Shown here piece after piece: positions 13,401 through 25,500 of a stretch of 64,000 nucleotides of DNA (positions are counted from its first letter, which is position 1; each line of letters opens with the position of its first letter). This stretch comes from Acanthaster planci (Eukaryota), in contig NW_019091355.1 in assembly GCF_001949145.1 (NCBI RefSeq), positions 1,238,083 through 1,302,082 of the forward strand, read 5' to 3'. The position numbers were made by a program, and so were the translations under genes. Under the pieces are notes generated by a model. It ran no database searches. It had not been told where the DNA came from and saw only the letters and a program-made list of their open reading frames with translations.

Positions 13401-16400
13401 CCTTGCCTGGACGGACTTTGGGGAAGAGCTGCAGCAAATGGCCCGGCGTGTCGAAGTCTTTGCCGGAGTGATGCTGGGGAAGTTGGCCTCGAGCGGAGAG
13501 GTAGGCTTAATCCTAGCCTTTTGCGTCCCTCAAGAAGTGTAGACCCCTATACCGTATGGAATTTGCAATATGTCCACAAGTTTACTGACCCTCCCTATAA
13601 TGCGAGAAAGTGTGTTTATCCTCCAACTTTCCAAAGAGTTTAAATTTGAATTTATGGCAGCCAACAATAACTTGTTCTATAACTTGCACGTCATAGTTAC
13701 AACCTTACATTCGCTACACAAACGACCACCTACCCTCATCCCACGTATGTGCAATTCTCGTCTAAAATGACCAGTCAGAAATTCCAAATATTGAGCCTAC
13801 CTCTCAAACCCCGCCCTGTCTTGCACTCATGCTCGATATACTTGAACTGTCTGTTGTAGATCTTATCAGTGTTTGGATACCACAACACCGACAAGTATAG
13901 AGATAACACCGGAAAACAGCATCAGTTGTCTAAGATGTTCGAGGCAATTGCGTACCAGCAGAAAGAGGTACATAAACAAATGGAAACTTCAAAAACAACA
14001 AGGCGGTTATTATCGAGAGCCAGATTGGCTCTTGCAGACTGATTTCAAACGTGGTTAATGATGTGACAAGCCCATCGCGTGACTTTGAATTTCGATCTAA
14101 CAGAGATGTACCCGCGCTGATTACAGACTGCGTGGAACGATGCAGAGCGCAGTGCCGCTGAGTGGATTTACATGCAGGTGTTTGCTTGCGTTCATGGTAC
14201 GAGTTGCATGACCAAAAAGACAACACGAACGATTTCCATGTAACAAAACTTAACTTGTGATTGCGAGAGCACACTGTGACTAGTAGCAGTTACAGAAAAG
14301 TGGAAATAGAGCATCTTACCCCAACGGAGAGGATGCTGGCCGTAAAATGCCAGACAGCGACAGCGGTTAACATTTTGGCCGCATCAGCATTAGCAAGGCG
14401 CAGATTCACTTGACACCTCGAGATGCCGTGGAGATTGCCATGGCACAGAACATGACACCTCATTATATCATTTCTCCTCAGTCACGTCCTGACATGTATG
14501 TCCATGTACATGTATTTCTCTCAGTTTGTAGCACATCCTCATTCCCAGAAGGCTATCATCACGCAGTTCTACAAGAACCTGCTGAGTTGGAACGAGCAGG
14601 GGTTTCTGTACCAGTTACTCCTGATGCTTATTGGTCTCCTGGGCTATCCCATCATTTGCTTGCTCTACATCTTATTTCCCGCCCGCAAAGTTGTGAGATT
14701 TGCCAGGCTACCGTAAGTATCATTAGCTTTCGTGGTGAAACAATAGGAAAGACTTCTGATCCGTGCAACATCTCCAGGCTACGCTCAGCTTACCTTAAAA
14801 AAATTAAAGAATGTTGGATTAATTTAATCTGCATTAAATGTTAAAGTTTAACCACTTCTAGCTTCTCTCTCTAGTTACGTCATGCTACTGATGAACACAG
14901 GGTCAACCTTCACCTTCCTTGCTCTTATCATAGCGGCCACTGTGGTTAGTGAGACCAAATACCCCCAAAGTGCAAGTGCACTGTATGCACTCATCTTCAT
15001 TTGGGTAATCGGTAAGAATCAGTTCGACGTGTATTTTGCGAATCGTGGATTCAATTTTTGTGGCGTTGTGTCTGGTTTCAAGCATCATTTAGCGGTCTTT
15101 TATGCCCAAATTAGAGACTGGAAATGTTGTAAGATATTGGTCTCAACAGAATGACTTTCACTGCGCATGTCCTTGTATCACCACATACAACTTGTATTCA
15201 CGTCAAAGAGTACACTCGGTATAAGTTACAGTTTGCAGCCAGTCCCCATTTCTGTAAGGGATCTTTATGGGGATGTGCATTATTTAAAGCCACATAACTA
15301 TTCCCCTTCTATCCTCTGGGTTACTCGTTAGGTCTGGCATGGAGGCACATAAAGAAAATAATGATGCATGGATTCGAGGAGTATCTAGCCGGAAGTGGTC
15401 ACATTCTGGAAGCGATCATCATAGCCTGTTACGTCACTGTGTTCTTCATTCAATGGAACGGCCAAGTCAATGTGAGATTGTTACCTGATTTCCTTTCTGA
15501 AATATTTGCTGTTTAAATGCATTCATTTGTCGGTAAGAGATTGGAATTGATTTCGTTTTGGTTTGGTTTGCAGATAATATCGAACGTGATAATACGTCGG
15601 TCCAGCGGCGATTTCACCAGCTACTCGGATGTGCAGGACCGCGTTGAGTCGGTCCTGTCCAGCTTTGAAGAAAGGCTCAATACCAGCGTCGTAGAGGGAG
15701 TCGGTAGCGTCCTGACCCGTGTGCTGTCCAACTGTAGCCCCGTGTTTGCCGCCGAGGCGGGCCCGCCGGCCGACGACGGGCCATCCCTACCAGGTTTCCT
15801 GCAAGAGACCATCAGCTACGACCAATTCGAGCCCGTCGTTGTGTCGCATGCGTTGTTTGCCGTCACCGTGGTCCTTGCCTTCCTCCGTCTGATGAATCTT
15901 CTATTGATCATTGACTCAGTCGGCCCACTGCGCATCTCTCTGGGCGCCATGAGGCAAGATATCGTCAAGTTCTGCGTCTTGTTTGTGGTTATCTGGCTTG
16001 CTTTTGCCATTGGTCTATATACCAACTATTATTCCGCTGGTCAGTCAGTACTCCGAGAATGTTTCGAGGGAGGCGGCACTGCGGACGATTGCTCCTTCTT
16101 GACCGGATTTGAAACGTAAGTAAATTGCCCAAAACACGACCAAATGTTTGTGACATACACGTTATGATTTGAGCTCCTTTCCAAAGCATTTCAAGACGTC
16201 TTTATATCAAAATGTGTATTAAAACTACGACATTGCCAAGCTGACCATGTTGATTCCCTTCCAACAAAGTCTCATTCAGCATGAAAATTGACATGGGGAC
16301 TACCCGAAATGCGTCTTTACTTACACACAAGCAATCGTTAGTAAAACTACTTGAATAAATACTTAAGCTCTTCATAAGTATTTGCATTATGTGTAAAGCA

Positions 16401-19400
16401 GGTTGATTCAATAATTACCGCAGGCTTGGCATGGTAAAAGACATAGGCCTACGCCTTGCTCCTAAATTGAGCCTGAACGACACGGTAGGGACAGTTCATT
16501 AGACAAAAGAAATTGCTATGAAAAACGGTCCAATCCGAACTTCTCCATCTGAATGTCTATAGTTTGGACTGTTTTGCCGAAAAGAAAAAAAAATCTATTC
16601 GCGCTAAATCCTGAATTTCGCGAAAAACCGATTAATTTTTCGATTGTGATACTGACAGATTCCTCGATGCAATCTCGAGCCTGTACTGGTCGCTCTTTGG
16701 AATGATTGAATTGGATGTTCTGATGCTCTCAAGTAAACATTCTGTGGCTGAGGTTGTTGGCACGTTCATGTTCGTCATGTACCACATCATGGTCGTGCTT
16801 GTCATGTTGAACGCCCTCATTGGCATGTTGTCAAACACGTACAATATCACTGAGGTAAGTGCAAAATAAACGTAGTGCGGCCCGGATCGAGGGAGTAGCA
16901 ACCATTGGCATTTTAAAACTACTAGCCAGTGACAGTTTGATTCATTGATTTGACAGTCCAATCGTAGCTTTGTGACTGAAAATTCTGAGATTTCAAAAAG
17001 GTTAAATTCCTATTGATGTGTTGCACTGGCTTAACTCATTGGAGCTTCAACTAACCATCAATATTGACTACATTTTACTATAATGACACTTCTTTGTAAC
17101 AACTCACCAGCACATCGTTTGGGGAGAAGAAAGGTGAAAAGAACGAGGAGTGACAATTTCTGTCAAATGTCTACCTTTTATATACAGGAAAATGCCGATA
17201 CGGAGTGGAAGTTTCACCGTACCGCTGTCTGGGCCTCCTACCTGCGCCCAGTAGGGACTCTCCCACCTCCCTTCAACCTCATCCCGTCCGTGAAAAGCCT
17301 TATCCGCTTATGTCGGTATATTTTAGGGATATGGCTGAAATGCGCCAAACGGAAATCAGTCAATCGGGTATGTCTTTCATCTTTTGGTTTCTGAGTGCCT
17401 GCGGTATTAAATGACTAGAATATTGTTGACTCTTTAATTTGTGCTGAAAAAAAAACTTCTTTGGTTTCCGAAAGTGCTCCATATTGTAGTAAATCAAATG
17501 AACCCATTTCATTTTTTTTCAGAGAGAACGGTACTCCAAAAAAGAATTTGCTGCTTACGTGGTAAATATGCAGAATTTCTCTCATAAGTAATTTTCATAA
17601 AGCAGAGCATGGGTAGCGAGCTATATTAAGCCTGAAAAATATTTGATGTGAGTAATGTTGACTTACAGTAACAACACTGGCTGCTTTTCTCGCACTCTGT
17701 AGCGAGTGTTGAAACTGACACGTGACCGGTACGTTCAAGACCATCTGTCCGCGACCTCGAGCAACTCGGAGGAGGTTCGACCACGTGATATACAAGCATT
17801 GAGGAATGACGTCATGACATTCAGGTAAGACCGTCACGTCACTTGACCAGAATTTCAATTATACAGACCACACAACAGCAAAAGCAAACTCTGATAATTT
17901 TATTTTTGAGAAGGATAGTTATAGCGGAATGATGTAATTTTTTCTTAAGATCTGTATCCTATTTCCAAGTTTCTGCCATTTGGATGTTACAATTGGTGTA
18001 ATTGTAACAGATATATGAAGTGCTTGCATTTCATTTATATCTATGAAACGGATCAGGCTAAAATAATGACAATTATATACGTACAAGGTTGCAGTGCATA
18101 AAGATTATGGCTTGCTTGTCTTCAATTGTTCAGGTTCTATACGCAAGACCGTCTTGAATCTCTGAACAAAATGCTTGATCTGTCGAACTTAAAGTCGTCA
18201 GACCTGAGTCACAAGCTGGAGGACCTTGACCCACTAAGTGACAAGAGCTCAGAGGTAGTTCAGCAGGCTGTTGAACTGAAGGACAACTGTGCCCAACTCA
18301 TACAGGCGAGCGACAACCTAATGGAGGAGCAGGCGGGAGAGATTGTCTCCAGAGATGAGGAAGCTGCGGAGCTGCGCGCCAAGATAGCCACTCTCCAGGC
18401 AGAAGCTCAGCAGCTTGTAGTCGACCACGCCGCCGAGTTGGCGGTGCGGGAACGCCAAAGGTCCCAGCTGACCGGCATCATCAGGAAGCTGGAAGAGGAA
18501 AAGGCTAAGCTGGCGGACGACTGCCAGACGCTGCGACGAGACAAGGCCGAGCTGATCAACACGGTGGGCATGTTATTGGAGGAGACAGACAAACTCAAGC
18601 TTGAGATACCAGAACCTACCGAGGAGCAGCCCGAGGAGCAGCCCGAGGAACCAGAGCAGGAACAACCACAGCGGGTTGGATTTATCCGAAGAATTGTTCA
18701 AATGGTCGAAAAGAAAATAAATGAAACCATGGTAAGTGTAGATCCATTCTTAGTATATTCCGGAAAGCTCCTCCTAAAACTGAAATAGGGGAGGAGGTTG
18801 TTTTAGAAACAAGCCTGTACCCGAGATGGTGTGGTTTCAGAATCTACAAATAGCATTGACTTTAAAAAAAATCTCAGTTATTGAAAAGAGCTTCACAGGC
18901 TTTGTATTGCTTGTGCGGCATTCTTTGAATGGTTAAATCATTACTATCCGTTCTGGTGACTTTACACAGTTTTGCACAAACATGTTAGAAAAGTGCTTCG
19001 ATCCCGATTTGAATAAATTTGGATAGAGATAAAATTGGAGATTTGTCTTGACCAATCCTCCAATCAGACGAATTAACGTCTGCGTTTTATTTTCCTGTAT
19101 AGCAGTATTCGATGTACTAAACATATCTAAATAAATTCTCTTAATTTGCAGGGTGATGCGTCAGAAGACGGTGTGGCAAAAGAAACAGAGACAGCTTCCA
19201 TATCAGAAGACGACACTTTATCAACGGAGAAGAAAATGGGTGAGGGGCTGAGGTCTGAAACGGGCGAGGAGCAACAAGCAGTGGGAAAACAGGAAGATTG
19301 GACCGAATCAGGAAGAAAGAAGGCAGAGAAGTCAGGGGAAGTGTCCAAAATACTGCCTCCATCGCCATCAGTTACGACAGCCGACCCACCAATGAAAGAG

Positions 19401-20525
19401 TCACTTGATACACAAGACACAACATATCAAAAGTCAATTCCAACTCGGGAACTAAAATCTAAACCCGAACAAATGCCCTTCGGACCAAACGAAGAGCAGG
19501 CACTGGACCAATGCAGTGAGACAATATTAGGAACGGCTCAAGACATACAAGAACAGCCAGGAAGCGTAGGGCGAGAGTCACAGGCTGAAAGGGATCACAA
19601 ATCAGTCCTTGGAACTGAAGAAAATACCAAATTCTCCGAGGAAACCTCCACACTACCTGATGCAGACACTATACCCAAGCAGCCCGATATCCCAGAAGAG
19701 CAGTCTGAATCGCTGGCTGGTGTAGAGGTCAGTACAGATCTCAAGGAAACGCCTCTAGAACCAAAGGATCTACCGACAGAAGTTGAGGAGATGAAGACAG
19801 AAGAAACAGTGGAAGAAGTGGAGTTGGCCCCTGTAAAAGAAGAAAAAGAAACACCGTCATATTCAGATCCCACAGGGGTCGGGATACCCAAACGGAAGTT
19901 GGAGTCAACCCAAGAATCCGGGATGGATATAGATGCCAAGACATCCAAGAAAGGGACTAAACCGAAGCGGTTTGCCGAAAGATCCAGAGAAGAAGACTCA
20001 TCGTTTGAAGAGATATCGTTGCCACCATCTCTGGACTCCTACTCTGAAAAAGACGATGCAGAATCCCGGGAAACCTTACTAGACCCTCACCAAAAACCCC
20101 ACAGGGAGTCGATGTCAGAGCCTGACATCACGCCAGCCGAAGAACAAGACTTGTCACCAGACCCCAACGCCCTTTATCATCAGTTCATAAGAACTCAACA
20201 GAAGGCGAAGTCAACTCAAGAACCAGGGTGGGACGTGGATTCCAAGACACCTGAGAGAGGAAGTGAACCCAAGCAGATTGTCGGCGCATTGGCAAGAGAA
20301 TCAGGGTCTCCTTTCGAGGAGATAGATATGCCGCCACCACCACCAGTCGACGAACCAAAAGTAAGTGAAGGAACTGACAAGAAGAGGGCTTTGGAGTCTA
20401 CGCAGAATTCGGATTTGACGAAAGAACCGCAACAAGAACTAGAAGAACTGGGAGGGGAGCCCGATGTGATATATAAATCAGAAGAACTTGATTCTGAAGA
20501 AAAACCGGTGATCTGGCAATTATAA
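10479..20525 (+). CDS. TRPC-like transient receptor potential channel, paralog B (complete, ~1476 aa, long acidic C-terminal tail)
   Basis: Exons: 10479-10770, 11845-11963, 12746-12853, 13213-13500, 13860-13967, 14525-14712, 14875-15011, 15332-15471, 15574-16115, 16659-16854, 17188-17367, 17523-17561, 17703-17824, 18134-18731, 19152-20525. All introns are GT-AG, phases are compatible and the total is 4431 nt. Motifs: ankyrin LGDALIRAID and FHPALTPLVLAAQ, GPLRISLGAM, LYWSLFG, EWKFHR, LPPPFNLIPS, then a coiled coil. Confidence 0.93.
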
Positions 20526-22581
20526 GTAACCATTGAAATACATGTCTGCTTTCTAACGCATATACATGCACTGTACATATCACTTGTACAAGAGAATATA
20601 CATGTCATTACGTCAAAAGAATTTTGTAATGCACACACCAACTTCTTGGTGTGTGCGTACTCAGATGAAAAACATCATACTGCATGGGAAAGCGTGTGAA
20701 TTAAATTTTCAGACATTCTTGAGGAGGGAGGAAGGCTTCTTAAGACTGTCTTCTCTCTGGACTTTTTCCAGTAAGCACACTGATCTGATGCGTATTTTGT
20801 TCGTTCAAAATATCATTCAAATGACTTTTTACGTAAATACATGTACATCGATATATTTTGTTTCCTTGTATACATGCAAATTAATAACTTGTGAAAGGAA
20901 TTGAAACAAAATTCTTTGTAGTCATGAAATTATCCCTAAATTTCTTAATGATATATATACTCAGGTCTTTGGATGTCAGCACCAACTGATAGGGCGAATG
21001 GGTAACTTTGGCAAATAAGAAACTCAGGTAAATTAATATACATGTATGTGCCTGACGTTACAATACATTATGGTGCTCACCCCAGACAATTTTAGACACT
21101 ATCCTCGGAAAAGAAAGCTATGTGAGTGTTAACCGAGCAGATGCCACGTGGGATTGATTCAGAAACTAAGAAGAAAAGAAAAAAGTCAAGCTGAGGACAA
21201 TTTGCAGTTTTCATGAAACTGAGAAACCTCATAGAACTCTGCCTTTCCCTTTGGGTTTTTTCTCAGCTTTGAGCTCAATAAAGATATGTACATGTACCTA
21301 GCTCAAAATGATGTTTTATTTAAAGATACTATTCTATTACGCATGTTTTGGGGGAACTCGGGTCTTGATTTAGTAGATGTTTACTGCTTATGTGATCTCA
21401 CGAATCATTGTGACTTCAGTTCTGAATGAAAAAATAAGGCTGTCAAATGAATTGTGAAATAATGCTGTTATCTCCGAAATTTCTGAGGACGGTAGTAATA
21501 AAGTTGCACCATATTTTCTTCTCATATTCCATTAAACATTTAATGTACTATCACCCAGAGTATGACAATAGCTTTTCGATATTGATCAATTCATGGATAT
21601 ATGTATGATACTTTATCAGTGCTTATACGTCTAATTTAAGCCATGCTTGTGAAGTTTGAAGTATATTTACAGACTGAAGTTTGTTGCTTAGTTGCTATGC
21701 AGACATTTAAACAGTTACTTTATGGTTTGGGGTTCATATATCTTTGTTTTGGGCTATTAAAAGTGATAGGATAGCGGATACTAAGGGATGATCGAGTACA
21801 TATATCTAAATATTTTCTGTCTTTAACTGTTATCCTCCAGTGAACAAATAATGAAAATGGAACACATTTGGGTTAGAAACTATGTAGTCCTTTGTTTACA
21901 GAATGACGAGGTACTATAATAAACTTCGTGTATCTCAGTGGGCTTAATTTGGCCGGGTGCTAGATTTTGATTGACGAATGAAATATAACGCATTGTGCTG
22001 AAAATTAATTTTTACATACAAGCAGCGTACTTCTCCGACTGGATGGGAGAGATTGCTGAATTATTACTGCTGATCTGACATGAAGAGGAATCATTCCCAC
22101 TAGGTCCCCTGGGCACAGCATGAACCAAATCTTTAGTGTCCTTTATACTAGACCAGACTGCCCAAACTATTGCACTAATCGCGCCCAACAGTGTGAAAAT
22201 AACCGACACTAGATTGGGGGAATAACTAATGGTTGAGGTTGGTTGAGCGGCCTCGACCTTGCAGTTTGACAATACGTATTGTGAATATTTTTGGAAATGG
22301 GCTACGTCTGTTGTTAGCATTTGCTCACGTACGTGTATTTACGACGAACTAAGACCTAGCTTTAGACACTGAGCTCGAACGTAGCCGTGATCTTGCGTGG
22401 GCAGTACGGTGTTGGCCGATCCAATTATCGGTGTGTCTTGTTCCGTAACAAGGAGGTACATATGTACACGGTCTGTTGAAAGTTCGTGAGCTGTGGACAG
22501 ACCTGACGCTTCCATGTGAGTAGAGTTTTGTTGTAGCTTCCCACCTGTATGTCACACGCGTTGAAACAACCGCCATCGTCC

Positions 22582-25500
22582 ATGGATGCGGAAAGTTACG
22601 AGCTGGAGGCTTTGGAGAAGCGGAATGCGGGAGATTATGGTCCGAAGGAGGCTCTCCAGGAGAACGGCGAGTCCAGCACTGCCACCGTAGCTCTAGATGA
22701 CTCCTCGTTCCTGTGTTTCCTGGGAGTTGAGTATGAAGATGAATCCGCCAGGTATGACCTGGTGAGGGCCACGATTGGCATGGGGAATGCTATACGACTT
22801 AATGAAATGCTTGGCCAGTGGCAGGAGGCAGGCTTGTTGAGGGACTGGCGAAACGAGGAAAACCTGACCTTGTATACTGATGCCATCACGGATGGCTACA
22901 TCGGTAAGTTACATGCCGTGGGTTGTTTCGTTTTTTGATATATTCTGGTTCATTTTATTCTTGCTGCGGATGCCGCTCTGCACAGTGCAACACCATTTTG
23001 ATCGTTATATGTTCTTAAAATCCACGATTCTATTAAACAAACAGCTGGGAGGTTTTAAAGTGTGCAAGTTGTTGGTCTTGAAAATGAAAATCGTTTCAAT
23101 TCCCCTTTGTTGGACCCATGACTGATGATTTCAAGTAAGCGTTCCTGACTGAAGCCTGTACATAATCTATTGAGTTGTTCAAGCCTTCGGAACTACCTTT
23201 AGGAAATCAGGGTCAACGGCTCAACCAAAGGTAAAGAGGCATGATACGTTTTGTAGCTAGGCTGGACAAGGGTCTTCTAGAATATGACGATTTTTGAGCC
23301 TAAGCCTGTTTGCAATACCATAGTTAGCTATGAAGGCCTGTGTAATTGCTTTCATTGTGTAAAGTTTGTACTTCGAAAATACGTTGTTTTGGTGTGTTTC
23401 CGTTCATCTTCGTTTCTACTTCTTCCAAAACAATCCAGATGCGGGACGGTCCATCGTTAGGGATACCTTTTTGCAATTATACTTGGTAAAAAAAAGGAAA
23501 ATTCAATTTCCCAATGAGCCTTTGAAGAAAACAAGTCAGGAAAAGTGCAAACTTGCCGCTGTATCAGAATCGATCAAGATAGCAGTAGGTAGAAGTTTGC
23601 ATTTCAAAAATGCTGACCGCAACGACCGGAAACAATGACACATATGAATAGAAGTCCATTACAATTACTGAAAAGCTTGCTAGTATACAGGTATTATGAG
23701 GTGACCGAACGGTACAATATTCTGCCCCTGAGGTTGGTTTAGTTTGAAGTCTGACCTCAGACAAAGTACATGTATACAGGGTGGGACGGTCATGGACTGC
23801 TTGTGAAATGAACCGTGTGATAGGTTTAAGAGTTTCCCGTTTTCGCCTAATTGTGGGGGTTATCCCCAAAAAACCTAAAGCAGTTTATTCTTTGGTTTCC
23901 CCTTTTGCGTGACGTACATTTGAAGAAGTTGGACAATTTACTTGAATAGCACGCAAGAGTGTGCACTTCTGAGAAACTCGGATTTATTTATCCTAAGAAG
24001 AACAGAAAATATGATTCTTTTTCTGTGCAACAGCATGGATAGCAGAAATATTTAGAGCAATGTTCTTGAGTCAGAAAGTTTTCCAGGGAATAGGCCTATG
24101 GCCAGTCTGGTTTTAGGTATGCCCCATTGCTGCGAGCAAGTGGACATATAGGTTTTTCATTACACTTTTACTAATGCGCTTAACTCCATCCTATAGTAAG
24201 ATGTTATCCTAATCATTATTAAAAACAACTGTTAGTTCATTATTTCTTGGGTCCCCCTCTGGATCCTCACCTGCTTTCTCCATGCCACGCTATGTCTGCT
24301 TTGGAACCATCCTTCATCTTTTGTTTATTTCATTTGCAGATGTCGTCAATATTCTCCTGAAGTACGACATTCCTCTTGGAGATGCCCTGATTCGAGCCAT
24401 CGACGTGGAGTTTGAAGAGGCGGTCAAGGCGATTTGCTGCTATGTACAAATTCAAGAGGTGGGAACCTGCTTCTTGAAAAAGACTTGCTTGATGATAACT
24501 TTTTTCCCGCCGCTAAAATCAAAACATCCAAGAGTACAAGTTTAATACAATTGTGGATTGTGACACTTTGGATTCACAAAGGGAAGGATTTTCATCGTCC
24601 GCAATGAAATCAAATCCGTAACATTTGAAGATTCTCATCTCTAAGAGAAAAGGAAGCAAACAAACTCCTCCGGTTTACAAGAACTTCAACCTAAAACCCT
24701 TACTAAGTCTCCAATAATGGTGTTCATAATGAGCTTTTCCAAGTTTGATCAAACTTTGCACAATTGTCGGATAACTTGGTAGATGAAAATGCAACTGAAT
24801 GTTATGGTCATGAAAGTGACCAAAGTCAGGTTGACAACTCAATGAAACCAAACCAAAAGAATGTCAACAAAGAACAAGTGGCTGCCCTACAAGCGACGTA
24901 CAAGTGACGTGTACAGGTATTTATTTTGCATCGCAATTGGAGTTATTGCGCTGTAAACATTTTTTTAACATTATACAATCACAATGCCGTGGAAGTATTT
25001 GGCCCGATTGAGTTAAAGAGTGACAAAATATTCACTCGGCTGGTAATGTCGGTAACCCTGTTGAACTTCAAAATCATCTCCTTTACCACGGTTTGGGCCA
25101 GTCGACCTAGGCCCTACATGTACGCTCAATGCCATTCCATTCGGTGGGAAGTAACAAAATTCGCAAATTCCATTGCTGCAGTGAGGTGTACGAGAATTTG
25201 ATTTTTTTTTCTTATCTGGATGCCAGGAATACCACCGAAAAGGACATTCTTCTAGGGTCCCTAGACCCTTCGTTTCACACATTGCGAAACAAAGTACTAG
25301 AAACTCGCTTTGAGCCAAGTGAAGCTCTTAGACTGTTGAACCAGTCGCTCTTGGCATTATTGACTTTTAGCGCAAGCTAAACGTAAAGAATTACGCTAAT
25401 GGCAACTCCTTGCTTCATGGAACTCTCATTGGTCTATCTTGTCAAGGATATTCTGGAATCAGTTCTGAACTGTCATTCTGACAATGACGATTTCCACCCA

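Noticed and set aside
19127..20641. Minus-strand Ser-rich ORFs opposite TRP exons (also 7413-7745, 16632-16961, 32011-32292)
   Set aside because: Antisense shadows of biased coding sequence.
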